Shown: piece by piece, positions 9,665-21,388 of the stretch | Numbering within the stretch: the first letter of the stretch is position 1 | Layout of the letters: every line of letters begins with the position of its first letter | From: Actinomycetota bacterium | GTDB lineage: Bacteria > Actinomycetota > Actinomycetes > S36-B12 | Direction: 5' to 3' | Length of the DNA: 64,000 bases | Assembly (NCBI GenBank): GCA_017857875.1 | Contig: JAFMCH010000002.1 | Span: 55,893 to 119,892, forward strand | Program-made: the position numbers and the translations under genes | Notes under the pieces: model-generated | The model's input: the letters and a program-made list of their open reading frames with translations, nothing else | Told to the model about the DNA's origin: nothing | Database searches by the model: none

Positions 9665-10126
9665 GTGTACGTGCCTTTGCAAGCCGAACTTCGCAGCGAT
9701 TTCGGCAAAGGTGCCGCCCGAAAGCTTCGCCTAACAGGGCGAATTCCGGCGGTGATGTATTCGGGGGGGTCTGAGGTTGTGCACGTATCGGTTCCGGAGC
9801 ATGAGTTGACCCTGGCCCTACGCAAGCCATCGGTGACGTTGGAAATTGTTGTCGATGGTGCCAAGACCCTGACCAAGCCTCGCGACGTGCAACGAGATCC
9901 GGTCCGTCGCAACATTGAACACATTGATCTGATCGTCATCGATGACACCGAAGCGAAGAAGCGCGTTCAGCGCTCGGCTGCCATGGCCGCTGAGGCCGAG
10001 GCTGCAGCGGCAGCGGCCGAAAGTGCCCCTGAATTCTCCGGGTCCTATGCGACCGAGGGCTCGTTAGAGGACGAGGGTGTTCAGGTCGCTGCAGATAATC
10101 AATCAGCCGACGGTGAGGCTTCCTGA
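9665..10126 (+). CDS. rplY: 50S ribosomal protein L25 / Ctc family
   Basis: N-terminal LQAELRSDFGKGAARKLRLTGRIPAVMYSGG is typical of L25. AAAGGAG lies 7 nt upstream of the GTG start. The C-terminal tail is acidic and Ala-rich. Confidence 0.85.
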   Translation: MYVPLQAELRSDFGKGAARKLRLTGRIPAVMYSGGSEVVHVSVPEHELTLALRKPSVTLEIVVDGAKTLTKPRDVQRDPVRRNIEHIDLIVIDDTEAKKRVQRSAAMAAEAEAAAAAAESAPEFSGSYATEGSLEDEGVQVAADNQSADGEAS

Positions 10127-10155
10127 CCTCGGTTAGTTGATGGAGCGGTAACCAC

Positions 10156-10779
10156 ATGGCACAGCAATCACCTCCATGGATAGTGGTGGGGTTGGGAAAC
10201 CCAGGAGACCGCTACGTCGCTACCCGCCACAACATCGGTGAAATGGTCGTCGACCATCTCGTCGACGAATCACACGGTCGATGGAAGTCCTCCCGCAAGA
10301 CACGCAGTGATATCTGTCAAGAGCGCTGGGGCGACGACCAGGTGGTGTTAGCTCGACCGCACAGTTTCATGAACGAATCGGGCGGTCCGATCAGCTCGCT
10401 CATGCAGTTCTTCGGATCATCAAGTGCCACGCTCGTGGTCCTGCACGATGAGCTGGACCTACCTTTTGGTGCCTTACGCATCAAGGCGGGTGGTGGTGAC
10501 AACGGGCACAACGGCCTGCGCAGTGCCCGCGCCAGTCTTGGCACGGGTGAGTTCATCCGTGTGCGCGTGGGGATCGGGCGCCCGCCTGGGCGTCAAGATC
10601 CAGCAGACTATGTCTTGCGTCCATTCACGACAGGTGAACGGAGTGAACTCGCTGAGGTTGTGGCCCGAGCGGGAGCGGCGGTGCGCCGCATCGTGAGCGA
10701 TGGTGTTGCCGCGGCACAAAATCAGTTCAATAGTGGAGCAGACAAGACCATAGACGAGGCTGGGAGAGACCCGAAATGA
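10156..10779 (+). CDS. pth: peptidyl-tRNA hydrolase
   Basis: VGLGNPG..Y..TRHNIG, HDELDLPFG and GHNGLRS motifs are present. Confidence 0.95.
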   Translation: MAQQSPPWIVVGLGNPGDRYVATRHNIGEMVVDHLVDESHGRWKSSRKTRSDICQERWGDDQVVLARPHSFMNESGGPISSLMQFFGSSSATLVVLHDELDLPFGALRIKAGGGDNGHNGLRSARASLGTGEFIRVRVGIGRPPGRQDPADYVLRPFTTGERSELAEVVARAGAAVRRIVSDGVAAAQNQFNSGADKTIDEAGRDPK

Positions 10780-11603
10780 CTGACCAACTCACCGATATGC
10801 AGATATCAGCGGTGATTGCGGCAGAGGCCGGTGCGCTGTTGATGGACCTTCGCCAAACGTTCGGGCAGCCTTCGGACCAGGAGGCAGAAAAGGAACTCAA
10901 GTCCCTTGGCGATCGGCGATCGCATAATCACATCGTGGCGCGCTTTGGCGAGCTTCGACCGGATGACCTCGTGCTGAGCGAAGAGGGAGTTGATGATTCG
11001 GATCGGCTAGCAGCAGACCGTGTCTGGATTGTTGATCCGCTTGACGGAACCCGAGAGTTTGGTCAAGGTCGTGATGATTTTGCGGTGCATATCGTCCTGT
11101 GGTCTCGAGATCCATCTGCGCCAACAGGCGGTCGGCTCAGTGCGAGCACCGTGGAATTACCGGCACAGAAAATTACACGACGCCAGGACGATATCGCCCC
11201 CATGCTCCCGGGTCTCCCGCACGAGCGACCGGTCCGGATCGTGGCATCTCGCACTCGGCCTCCGGCAACTTTGGGAGTTGCGGTCGACATCATGGCTGCG
11301 AGTTTGGCTGAACAGGGATTCACCGCCGGCGTCGAAGTGATCGACGTTGGTTCGGTAGGCGCGAAGGTCAACGAGATTCTTTGTGGCCGAGCCGACGCAT
11401 ACGTGCACGACACCGGCTTCTGGGAGTGGGATGTCGCCGCTCCGCTAGCGATCGCTCACGCGTATGGACTGACCGCATCGCACATTGACGGTCGACCGGT
11501 TGAGTTTAATTCGCCTCACCCGTATGTCACAGACCTGATCGTAGGTAACCCGGGCGTTGTTTCTGAGCTTCAGGTCGCGATGGTCGAGGCCAGTCAAGCG
11601 TGA
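10776..11603 (+). CDS. cysQ: 3'(2'),5'-bisphosphate nucleotidase, inositol-monophosphatase family (CysQ-like)
   Basis: The IMPase motif WIVDPLDGTREF is present, along with DDFAVHIVLW and WEWDVAAP. From memory, the overall layout resembles actinobacterial CysQ. Confidence 0.75.
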   Translation: MTDQLTDMQISAVIAAEAGALLMDLRQTFGQPSDQEAEKELKSLGDRRSHNHIVARFGELRPDDLVLSEEGVDDSDRLAADRVWIVDPLDGTREFGQGRDDFAVHIVLWSRDPSAPTGGRLSASTVELPAQKITRRQDDIAPMLPGLPHERPVRIVASRTRPPATLGVAVDIMAASLAEQGFTAGVEVIDVGSVGAKVNEILCGRADAYVHDTGFWEWDVAAPLAIAHAYGLTASHIDGRPVEFNSPHPYVTDLIVGNPGVVSELQVAMVEASQA

Positions 11604-14600
11604 CGCTGGCCGGACTCAGGGCGACTCTGACCCAGGACACAACACTCGAACGTATCTTGGCCACGGCGGGCCATGGCCACCAATCTGAGCACCTGGTCGC
11701 TCCTGAAGCGAGCCGGCCTTTCCTGGCCGCAACGATTGCTGATGCGCTCACTAGTGCCGAGGACTTAGCGAGCGACGACGTCCCACCGTTGGTTCTGGTG
11801 GTGACGGCCTCGGCCGTTGAGGCAGAGGATCTCGTAGCTGGCATTCGCGATTTATGCGGGGCCGAAGCTGCCGAAGTTTTTCCCGGGTGGGAGACCCTGC
11901 CGCACGAGCGCCTCAGTCCGGCCGCAGACACCGTCGGCCAGCGCATTGAGGTCTTGACGCGTTTGGCCCGCGCGGATGGGTCGCTCAGGGTCATCTGCGC
12001 CCCCGTTCGGGCTGTTTTGCAGCCGATTATCAGTGATCTTGGCTCCTTCGAGCCGATTGTTGTAAATGCGGGCGATGACGTTGACTTGATGAAACTTGCT
12101 GAAGGTCTCGTCACTTTTGGTTACGTCCGAACCGACCTTGTCGAACGTCGCGGCCAGTTTGCGCTACGCGGTGGAATTCTTGATGTGTTTGCACCCAATG
12201 ACGAGCACCCAGCGCGGATTGAATTATGGGGTGACACTGTTGAAGAGGTACGTGCTTTTTCGGTGGCTGATCAGCGCTCGCTGCATCTGGTCACCGATGG
12301 CCTTCGGGCATTGCCGGTACGCGAGTTGCTCTTAACTGCGCAAGTGCGCTCTAGGGCGAAGGACCTGGCCGTGAGTCACCCGGAGCTAGCGGGTATTGCT
12401 GAACAATTGGCCGAGGGCATCGTTGTTGACGGTATGGAGGCGCTGGCGCCGGTGTTAGTTGATCGACTGGAGTTATTGGTCGATCAGTTACCGCAGGATT
12501 CGGTTATTTTGTTATGCGATCCGGACAAAGTGCGGGGTCGGGCCAAGGATCTCGTGCAAACTTCGCAGGAGTTTCTTGAGGCGTCCTGGCACAACGCTGC
12601 GGCGGGTGCGGCGACGCCCTTGGATCTTGGAGCAGCGGCTTATGCCGATCTCGACGATGTCGAGCAGGCAGCGACTGGTCGAGGAGTCGCCGTGTGGACG
12701 ACCGCGCCGTTTGCCTCGTCAACTGTCGATGCCGTAATCGAAGTGATGGCTTTGCCGACGTATCGAGGTGATATCAGACAGGTAGTTTCTGATCTTCGCG
12801 GATGGCTCGCAGAAGGGCGGTCTGTTGCTGTCGTCGCTGAAGGCCACGGAACAGCAGAGCGTTGGGCACACAGTCTCCGCGATGAGGGCTTGAATGTTCA
12901 AGAAGTACCCGACATCGATAAGTTCCCGCCGACCGATGTCGTGACCGTTTCTACGGCACGCCTTCGCGAAGGTATTGTGCTGCCGCACATTGTCGTCGTT
13001 ACCGAGAGCGACATCCTCGGGCAACGCAATGCCACTCGCGAGTCACACAAGATGCCCTCAAAGCGACGGCGCGCGGTTGATCCAATGCAGTTGGCAGCGG
13101 GTGATTTTATCGTCCACGAGCAACACGGGGTCGGTCGCTACGTTGAGATGGTCCAACGTGAAGTTGCCGGTGCGACCCGCGAATACTTGGTCTTGGAGTA
13201 TGCATCATCCAAGCGCGGACAACCCGCTGATCGATTGTATGTGCCCACCGACCAACTTGATCAGGTAACGCGGTACGTCGGCGGTGAATCGCCTAGCGTT
13301 CATCGGCTTGGCGGTAGCGATTGGCAGAAATCAAAAGCTCGAGCGCGTCGAGCTGTTCGCGACATTGCCGGTGAATTAGTGCGCTTGTACGCCGCGCGTA
13401 CCTCGACTCCGGGTCGAGCCTTCGGGGCAGACACCGAATGGCAGCACGAACTTGAAGATGCGTTCGCTTATGTCGAAACTGCTGATCAACTGGCATGTAT
13501 CGACGAGGTGAAGGCCGACATGGAGAAACCCATACCTATGGACCGGGTGATCTGTGGTGACGTTGGCTACGGGAAGACGGAGATTGCCATCCGGGCGGCG
13601 TTTAAGGCGGTTCAAGATGGCACACAGGTGGCGGTCTTGGTGCCCACAACGCTTCTGGTGCAGCAGCATCTTGGCACTTTTTCTCAGCGCTATGCACCGT
13701 TCCCGGTGAAGGTTGCCGCACTGTCAAGATTCCAAACTGACGCAGAAGCAAATGCAGTGATCAGTGGGATTGCCGATGGGACCATTGATGTAGTGATCGG
13801 CACACACCGCCTCTTGGGCGCAAAGGTTAAGTTCAAAGACCTCGGCCTTGTCATCGTTGACGAGGAGCAGCGCTTCGGCGTGGAGCACAAGGAGCACCTC
13901 AAGACATTGCGGGCAAGCGTTGATGTGTTGACAATGTCGGCGACCCCGATCCCAAGAACGCTGGAGATGTCGCTTACGGGTATTCGCGAGATGTCCACGA
14001 TTCAGACTCCACCCGAACAACGTCACCCGATTTTGACCTTCGTCGGCCCATACGACGACAAGCAGGTAGCTGCGGCGATTCGCCGGGAACTTATCCGCGA
14101 CGGTCAGGTCTTTTTTGTGCATAACCGGGTGGATTCCATTGATCGGGCCGCAGCGCGCGTTCGGGAGTTGGTGCCCGACGCTCGTGTGGCGGTTGCGCAC
14201 GGGCAGATGAACGAGCACGAACTTGAACGCATTGTGGTGTCGTTCTGGGAGGGAGATATCGATGTGCTGGTGTGTACGACGATCGTAGAAAATGGAATAG
14301 ATATTTCAAACGCCAATACGCTCATCGTGGATCGAGCCGATGTGATGGGACTGTCGCAACTGCATCAATTGCGTGGCCGCGTAGGGCGTGGGCGCGAGCG
14401 GGGATACGCCTATTTCTTGTATCCGGCGGAGAAGCCACTTAATGAAACCGCCTATGAACGTTTGTCCACGATTGCCCAGCACAACGACTTGGGATCGGGC
14501 ATGCACATCGCTATGAAGGACCTGGAGATTCGTGGTGCGGGAAACCTCCTCGGCGGTGAGCAGAGCGGGCAGATAGCTGAGGTGGGCTTCGATCTGTACG

Positions 14601-15130
14601 TGCGGCTGGTCGGTGAAGCTCTCGCAAACTATCGCGGTGAGAGCGCCGAGGAGCACGTGCAGACCCGCATCGAACTACCAATCGATGCGCACATTCCGCA
14701 TGAATATGTGGCCGAGGAACGCCTCCGCCTGGAGGCATATCGACGTCTGGCTGATGCCCATGATGCTGTGGCTATCGATGCTGTTGTCGAGGAACTAGTG
14801 GACCGATACGGCCCGCTCCCCGATCCGGTGGAGAGGCTGCTGGTCGTTGCCCGGTTCAGGGTGCGAGCTCAAGCAGCCGGGTTGGAGGAGGTCATTGCCC
14901 AGGGCAGCAAGATTCGAGTTCATCCTGTTGAGTTGCCGGAGTCTGCTCAAATGAGACTTGCGCGGCTCTACCCGGGAACCATCGTCAAGTCGGCGATCCG
15001 TACCATTCTTTTACCGTGTCCGAGGACGGCCACGGTGGGAGGCAAGCCCCTGACCGGTATTGAATTGTTGGCATGGGCCACCGAGTTGGTGGATGTCTTG
15101 GCCCCGATCGAGTCAGTCAGGAGTGCATAG
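11600..15130 (+). CDS. mfd: transcription-repair coupling factor
   Basis: Length is 1176 aa. A CarD-like RNAP-interaction segment (DFIVHEQHGVGRY), Walker A GDVGYGKTE, the DEEQRFG box and helicase motif VI QLHQLRGRVGR are present. Confidence 0.95.
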   Translation: MTLAGLRATLTQDTTLERILATAGHGHQSEHLVAPEASRPFLAATIADALTSAEDLASDDVPPLVLVVTASAVEAEDLVAGIRDLCGAEAAEVFPGWETLPHERLSPAADTVGQRIEVLTRLARADGSLRVICAPVRAVLQPIISDLGSFEPIVVNAGDDVDLMKLAEGLVTFGYVRTDLVERRGQFALRGGILDVFAPNDEHPARIELWGDTVEEVRAFSVADQRSLHLVTDGLRALPVRELLLTAQVRSRAKDLAVSHPELAGIAEQLAEGIVVDGMEALAPVLVDRLELLVDQLPQDSVILLCDPDKVRGRAKDLVQTSQEFLEASWHNAAAGAATPLDLGAAAYADLDDVEQAATGRGVAVWTTAPFASSTVDAVIEVMALPTYRGDIRQVVSDLRGWLAEGRSVAVVAEGHGTAERWAHSLRDEGLNVQEVPDIDKFPPTDVVTVSTARLREGIVLPHIVVVTESDILGQRNATRESHKMPSKRRRAVDPMQLAAGDFIVHEQHGVGRYVEMVQREVAGATREYLVLEYASSKRGQPADRLYVPTDQLDQVTRYVGGESPSVHRLGGSDWQKSKARARRAVRDIAGELVRLYAARTSTPGRAFGADTEWQHELEDAFAYVETADQLACIDEVKADMEKPIPMDRVICGDVGYGKTEIAIRAAFKAVQDGTQVAVLVPTTLLVQQHLGTFSQRYAPFPVKVAALSRFQTDAEANAVISGIADGTIDVVIGTHRLLGAKVKFKDLGLVIVDEEQRFGVEHKEHLKTLRASVDVLTMSATPIPRTLEMSLTGIREMSTIQTPPEQRHPILTFVGPYDDKQVAAAIRRELIRDGQVFFVHNRVDSIDRAAARVRELVPDARVAVAHGQMNEHELERIVVSFWEGDIDVLVCTTIVENGIDISNANTLIVDRADVMGLSQLHQLRGRVGRGRERGYAYFLYPAEKPLNETAYERLSTIAQHNDLGSGMHIAMKDLEIRGAGNLLGGEQSGQIAEVGFDLYVRLVGEALANYRGESAEEHVQTRIELPIDAHIPHEYVAEERLRLEAYRRLADAHDAVAIDAVVEELVDRYGPLPDPVERLLVVARFRVRAQAAGLEEVIAQGSKIRVHPVELPESAQMRLARLYPGTIVKSAIRTILLPCPRTATVGGKPLTGIELLAWATELVDVLAPIESVRSA

Positions 15131-15132
15131 TG

Positions 15133-15750
15133 GTGAGCGTTCGACGTCGTTTCGTATCGGCGGCCGTGGCTGTTGCAGCCGCAGGTTTCGTGCTTTCAGC
15201 GTGCGGGGGTGGCCAGGCGGCCGGTTCAGCGGCCGTGCTCGGCGACCAGCGCATCACGACCGGTGCGGTAAGCGATGCGTTGACTGAGATCAATGAGGGT
15301 CTCGGTCGGCCGGCCAATACGCCTAACGCCGCGGCCGTACAGAGCAATGTGCAGCGGCTGATTCGCGGCAATCTTGTCGATCAGGCCGCAGACCGCCTGG
15401 CCGTGAGCGTTGACGAGGGCGCCGTTGACCGTGAATTGCTCAACACGCTGGCAAACGCCGGAGGCCAGCAGGCTCTTGACGATGCACTGTTGCAGAGTGA
15501 TATCCCGCCATCGGCCATTGCTGATGAGATTCGCGTCTCGCTGCTGCTAGGTGAAATCGGCGCTGCCCTCGCTCCCGATGCAGACCAGCAGGTGCGAAAC
15601 ACCCTGGTGTTCGAGTACCTGGTCGCGCTGTCGAATGAACTAGACGTCACCGTGAGTGCCCGGTTTGGCAGTTGGGATACGGCTGAGTTAGCCGTCGGCC
15701 CCATTCCGACGGATGTGGCCTCACCTGTTTCGTCGCCGCTGGGCGGATAA
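15133..15750 (+). CDS. putative lipoprotein, function unknown (possibly SurA N-terminal-domain-like)
   Basis: A signal peptide with lipobox (VLSAC at ...AAAGFVLSACGG) follows the GTG at 15133. No catalytic motif is recognised. Confidence 0.5.
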   Translation: MSVRRRFVSAAVAVAAAGFVLSACGGGQAAGSAAVLGDQRITTGAVSDALTEINEGLGRPANTPNAAAVQSNVQRLIRGNLVDQAADRLAVSVDEGAVDRELLNTLANAGGQQALDDALLQSDIPPSAIADEIRVSLLLGEIGAALAPDADQQVRNTLVFEYLVALSNELDVTVSARFGSWDTAELAVGPIPTDVASPVSSPLGG

Positions 15751-15755
15751 ACCCC

Positions 15756-16424
15756 GTGGTGGCAGGCGATGGGGTTCGCGAACTTGTTGCCATCATGGAT
15801 CAACTTCGGTCACCGGGCGGGTGTCCGTGGGATGCACGCCAGACGCACCAGAGTTTGGTCGAGTACCTCGTTGAAGAAACCTATGAGGTAGTAGAAGCCA
15901 TCGAAGGTCAAGATTCCAGCGGGCTTTGTGAAGAACTAGGGGACCTACTTCTGCAGGTGGTTTTTCATTCTCGAATTGCTGCCGAATCAGAGTCGGCCCC
16001 CTTTGACATAGACGATGTTGCCGCAGGAATCGTGGCCAAACTCATTCGTCGGCACCCGCACGTATTTGCTACTGAGGATGTGGACGGGGTTGACGGAATC
16101 GAGTCTCGCTGGCAGGAACTGAAGAGGCAAGAAAAAGGCCGCGATTCAGTAACCGAGGGCATCCCAAGTTCACTTCCAGCCCTGTTGTTCGCCAACAAAG
16201 TTCTCTCGCGCAGTGCACATATTGGCGCGATTCCACAGCAACACTTGAAAGCGGAGTCTGCACTTGCTGAGGTGCGCGACGAGGAAGCTTTCGGTGATTT
16301 CCTCCTTGCGTTGGTGTTCGCTGGCCGTGCCCACGGCTGGGACAGTGAGATGGCGCTGCGCGCGGCCAATCATCGTTTTGTGGATGACGTCAAAGCCATT
16401 GAACTAAATGTGAATACGCCGTGA
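15756..16424 (+). CDS. mazG: nucleoside triphosphate pyrophosphohydrolase MazG
   Basis: MazG-type motifs are present (CPWDARQTHQSL..YLVEETYEVVEAIE and ELGDLLLQVVFH). The position after mfd is as in other actinobacteria. Confidence 0.85.
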   Translation: MVAGDGVRELVAIMDQLRSPGGCPWDARQTHQSLVEYLVEETYEVVEAIEGQDSSGLCEELGDLLLQVVFHSRIAAESESAPFDIDDVAAGIVAKLIRRHPHVFATEDVDGVDGIESRWQELKRQEKGRDSVTEGIPSSLPALLFANKVLSRSAHIGAIPQQHLKAESALAEVRDEEAFGDFLLALVFAGRAHGWDSEMALRAANHRFVDDVKAIELNVNTP

Positions 16425-18067
16425 ACGAGGCACAGCTTGAGTTTGCGGCGGCCTCGCGTTCGGCCATCAACACCCTTATTGAATCTGATCCGGTCGCCGC
16501 GACGTCGCTGGGAGATCATCGATGTGATGATCGACTGCCGGATCGCACCGACGGTGCCGTTACGCGGCTCACCGCAATCCTCGATGAACACCTGGCTCGT
16601 CTTGATGCCGTGGACGATGTAGATCTAGAACTCTCTGAGCAGGTGGATCTGGAAATCCTGCGCGCACGTGTAACGGCCGTGCGTTTTGACATGGCCGAGG
16701 TGCAGCGACATAAGTGGGATCCGCTGATGTGGAACCCATCCTCGGCTCTGTACCTGTTGACTTCGCGCGCATTCGCACCCGTCGAGGAGCGATGGGCGAG
16801 TGCGCGTGCGCGATTGCAGGAGGTGCCGGCCTATCTCGCCGACGGGCGTTCGACGCTGGGTGAAATGTCAGGCATCCACGTCGAGACGGCGATTGCTCAG
16901 TTGTCAGGATTCGACGCCGTGGCTGAACGCCTCTCAGCGCTCGCCGATGAAGTCGGCACTCCGATCGGTGATGAGATCGCAGCTGCTGAGGTTGCTGTTG
17001 CCGAGCATGTGTCGTGGCTGCGCGAACAGTTACCGGTTTCAATGCGCGATCCGCGTCTCGGAGTCCGGTTGTACAGCGCTGCTGTGTGGAATCACCTCGA
17101 CGAGGAGATCGGGCCCGGCGCCATCGTGGAAGCAGCCGAGTCGCATCTGGATGAGGTCACCACTCGCATGCGCGAGGTGGCAGCGGAGTTTCTGGGTACC
17201 CGGGTGACCGAGCAGGGCATCGTGCAACGCGCTCTGGATCAGATCGCGCAGCGGGCGCCGGTCACAGACGCGACGGTCCTTCCGATCGTTCGACGCGCAC
17301 TGGCGCGTTGCACGGAATTCGTTCGAGATCATGACCTGGTGACGGTGCCGGATCTGGACACCCGAATTATTGACATGCCCGAGATTCATCGTGGAATCGC
17401 GGTCGCCTACTGTGACGCGCCCGGCCCATTAGAAGACACGGATGTCGCAACCTATGTGGCGGTTGCTCCAACTCCTGATGATTGGACCACCGAGCAGGTC
17501 GACTCTTTCTATCGTGAATACAACGAGGTCCTCCTGCATGAATTGACGATTCATGAGGCGATGCCCGGCCACGTTCTGCAACTGGCTCACGCGCGCCGCG
17601 ATCGACACGGAAGTCTGGTCCGAAGGTTCGGCCGTAGCGGGGTCTTCGTAGAGGGATGGGCGGTCTACGCCGAGCAGATGATGCTTGATGCAGGATACAC
17701 CGCTAACGCCGAACCAGATGCTGGTCAGGCTATTGCATTGCAGCACTTGAAGATGCAGGCACGCATGTCGCTGAACGCAATCTTGGACGTGCGAGTTCAT
17801 GGTGGTGACATCGTCGAACACGAGGCGATCGATCTGTTGGTGCGACGTGGATTCCAAGAGCCTAGTGAAGCCCAAGGGAAGTGGCGACGGGCACTCTTGA
17901 CGGCCACGCAACTGCCCACGTACTTCGTTGGTTACCTGGCGGTGCGCTCGATTGCCGACGACCTGCGGGTGCTTCATCCGGGCTGGTCCAGTAGGCAGGT
18001 GCACGACTTGGTTTTGTCAGAAGGTTCGCCTGGCCCTCGACACCTACGCGCACTACTGGGCCTGTAG
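16421..18067 (+). CDS. DUF885-family protein (putative metallopeptidase-like)
   Basis: Length is 548 aa. It carries the HEAMPGHVLQ (HExxPGH) motif characteristic of DUF885. Confidence 0.7.
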   Translation: MNEAQLEFAAASRSAINTLIESDPVAATSLGDHRCDDRLPDRTDGAVTRLTAILDEHLARLDAVDDVDLELSEQVDLEILRARVTAVRFDMAEVQRHKWDPLMWNPSSALYLLTSRAFAPVEERWASARARLQEVPAYLADGRSTLGEMSGIHVETAIAQLSGFDAVAERLSALADEVGTPIGDEIAAAEVAVAEHVSWLREQLPVSMRDPRLGVRLYSAAVWNHLDEEIGPGAIVEAAESHLDEVTTRMREVAAEFLGTRVTEQGIVQRALDQIAQRAPVTDATVLPIVRRALARCTEFVRDHDLVTVPDLDTRIIDMPEIHRGIAVAYCDAPGPLEDTDVATYVAVAPTPDDWTTEQVDSFYREYNEVLLHELTIHEAMPGHVLQLAHARRDRHGSLVRRFGRSGVFVEGWAVYAEQMMLDAGYTANAEPDAGQAIALQHLKMQARMSLNAILDVRVHGGDIVEHEAIDLLVRRGFQEPSEAQGKWRRALLTATQLPTYFVGYLAVRSIADDLRVLHPGWSSRQVHDLVLSEGSPGPRHLRALLGL

Positions 18068-18104
18068 CCACCTTTATCCGCAACCACAGGCATTGGCCCG
18101 GTAG

Positions 18105-19397
<1,293 letters not shown>

Positions 19398-19423
19398 GCC
19401 CCATCGGCATGAGACCATGAGGT

Positions 19424-19837
19424 ATGGCTGCTGCGCGTACTCCGTGGACTGGGCGCGCCGTCATTTTGCTGTGCGTCCTGGCAGCGCTCGTGATCACCCT
19501 TGCCATTCCAGTGCGTGAACTGCTGTCCCAGCGCGGTGAAATCGACCAGTTGCGCACGGCAGTTGAGCTGGCGGAGGTTCAGGTGGATGACCTCAATGAG
19601 CAAGTGTCGGATTGGCAGGATCCCGCATACATCACCGCGCAGGCACGAAGTCGGCTGCACTTTGTGTTTCCAGGCGAGGTCGGTTACGTCGTGCTCGGTG
19701 CCGATGATCGACCGCTCGACCCTGAAAGGATCCCCCAGACCGAGGTCTCCGGAACCTGGTTTGAACGTGGATGGGCAGCACTACGCACCGTGGACGAGGG
19801 TGTAACCGGACCGGTTGAGCCCGCGACAGCGCCGTGA
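19424..19837 (+). CDS. septum formation initiator family protein (FtsB/DivIC-like)
   Basis: A single N-terminal TM helix is followed by a coiled-coil segment (QRGEIDQLRTAVELAEVQVDDLNEQV). The position after eno is conserved. Confidence 0.7.
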   Translation: MAAARTPWTGRAVILLCVLAALVITLAIPVRELLSQRGEIDQLRTAVELAEVQVDDLNEQVSDWQDPAYITAQARSRLHFVFPGEVGYVVLGADDRPLDPERIPQTEVSGTWFERGWAALRTVDEGVTGPVEPATAP

Positions 19838-20352
19838 CCTGGCAAGCCAGCGGCGGCGCGGCAGACATGAGCACCGCGGACCGCGAAGTCGTTGCCGAGC
19901 AGTTGGGCAGGCCACCGCGCGGTGACATGACCGTTGCCTGGCGATGTCCCTGTGGCAAACCAGCCGTTGTCAAAACCCACCCGCGGCTGCCCGATGGTAC
20001 CCCCTTTCCCACGGTTTACTACCTCACCTGCCCTCGGGCCAGCGCCGGATGTAGTCGCTTGGAAAGTGAGGGTGTGATGCGTGAGATGGAGGCGGCGCTC
20101 GGTGAAGATGTAGCACTCGCGCAGGCCTATCAAAGCGCGCATGAGAACTATCTGCTTGATCGCATTCAACTTGCCGATGTGGCCGAAATTGAGGGAATAT
20201 CAGCCGGGGGCATGCCCACTCGGGTGAAGTGTTTGCACGTGCTTCTCGCCCATGCACTGGCCGCAGGGCCCGGGGTGAATCCGCTAGGTGACCAGGTTGA
20301 GGCTGCCCTGGGTGCTTGGTGGCTACCGCATGGCTGCTCTGGTTCGCTATGA
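19834..20352 (+). CDS. DUF501 domain protein
   Basis: The protein is Cys-rich (CPCG...LTCP). Its conserved position between the ftsB-like gene and ppx matches the DUF501 family from memory. Confidence 0.65.
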   Translation: MTWQASGGAADMSTADREVVAEQLGRPPRGDMTVAWRCPCGKPAVVKTHPRLPDGTPFPTVYYLTCPRASAGCSRLESEGVMREMEAALGEDVALAQAYQSAHENYLLDRIQLADVAEIEGISAGGMPTRVKCLHVLLAHALAAGPGVNPLGDQVEAALGAWWLPHGCSGSL

Positions 20353-21326
20353 CGAGGGTTGCCGCAGTCGATTGCGGTACGAATTCTATTCGCCTTCTAG
20401 TCGCTGATGTTTCTCGCGAAAATGCTTCGGCCGGTGGAGTCGGTTCACTGCAGATTCGTGAACGTGAGCGCGTCATGACTATCGTTCGGCTGGGTGAGGG
20501 AGTGGATCGAACCGGGCAGTTCAGCGCTGATGCACTTGAGCGGACATTCGCTGCCTGTGCGGACTATGCCGGGATCATCGATTCTCACGATGTGTCCGTT
20601 GTTCGGTTCATCGCGACCAGTGCCAGTCGAGATGTTTCCAATCGGGAGGCCTTCATTGATGGCGTGCGGCAGCGACTGGGCGTGACGCCGCAGGTGATCA
20701 CCGGTGTCGAAGAGGCCCAGTTGTCATTCGCTGGTGCGCTTGGCGGATTGGGAACCGCCCTGCTACCCGCACCGGCTTTAGTGGTCGATATCGGTGGCGG
20801 TTCTACAGAGTGCGTCCTGGGCTCGACTGATGAGACATCGTTGACACCCGACGAGTCCTTTTCAGCGGACATCGGATGCGTTCGCCTTACTGAGCGGCAC
20901 CTACATGGTGACCCGCCCACTGTCGAGCAGATTCGTGCTGCTCGACGCGATATCAACGAAGCTCTCGATGCGGTGGAAGGCCAGGTTGGGTTGGCTAAAG
21001 CTGCCAGCATGGCGGGCTTAGCCGGCACGGTCACGACCATGAGCGCCATTGCACTCGACCTTCGCGAGTACGACCCGAAGATGTTGCACGGAAGTTTGTT
21101 GACCGTCGCACAAATCGACGCAATCACAGAGCAGTTGCTGACCATGACTCGGGCGGAGCGGGCATTGATTCCAGCGATGCATCCTGGCCGCGTTGATGTC
21201 ATCGCCGGTGGCGCATTGGTCTTGCAGGCGGTTGTCGCGCGCACCGCGTTGGACCACATCGTCGTCAGTGAGGCAGACATTCTCGACGGAATTGCGCTGA
21301 AGCTTGGTGAAGAGTTCGCCGACTGA
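20349..21326 (+). CDS. ppx: exopolyphosphatase / guanosine pentaphosphate phosphohydrolase family (Ppx/GppA)
   Basis: ASKHA-fold motifs AAVDCGTNSIRLLVA and DIGGGSTE are present. The ATG at 20349 forms an ATGA overlap with the DUF501 stop. Confidence 0.88.
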   Translation: MTRVAAVDCGTNSIRLLVADVSRENASAGGVGSLQIRERERVMTIVRLGEGVDRTGQFSADALERTFAACADYAGIIDSHDVSVVRFIATSASRDVSNREAFIDGVRQRLGVTPQVITGVEEAQLSFAGALGGLGTALLPAPALVVDIGGGSTECVLGSTDETSLTPDESFSADIGCVRLTERHLHGDPPTVEQIRAARRDINEALDAVEGQVGLAKAASMAGLAGTVTTMSAIALDLREYDPKMLHGSLLTVAQIDAITEQLLTMTRAERALIPAMHPGRVDVIAGGALVLQAVVARTALDHIVVSEADILDGIALKLGEEFAD

Positions 21327-21388
21327 CGGCCCTGCTCCTCGCATTTGGTGCGCAGGTGCACATTGTGCGCTGAGTAGACTCTGGATTT

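Noticed and set aside
21327-21388. GTGCAC-centred partial palindrome upstream of the LacI-family gene, as an autoregulatory operator
   Set aside because: The arms do not pair beyond the 6-nt GTGCAC core, and it does not match the AACCG.TTACA motif seen at the transporter promoter.
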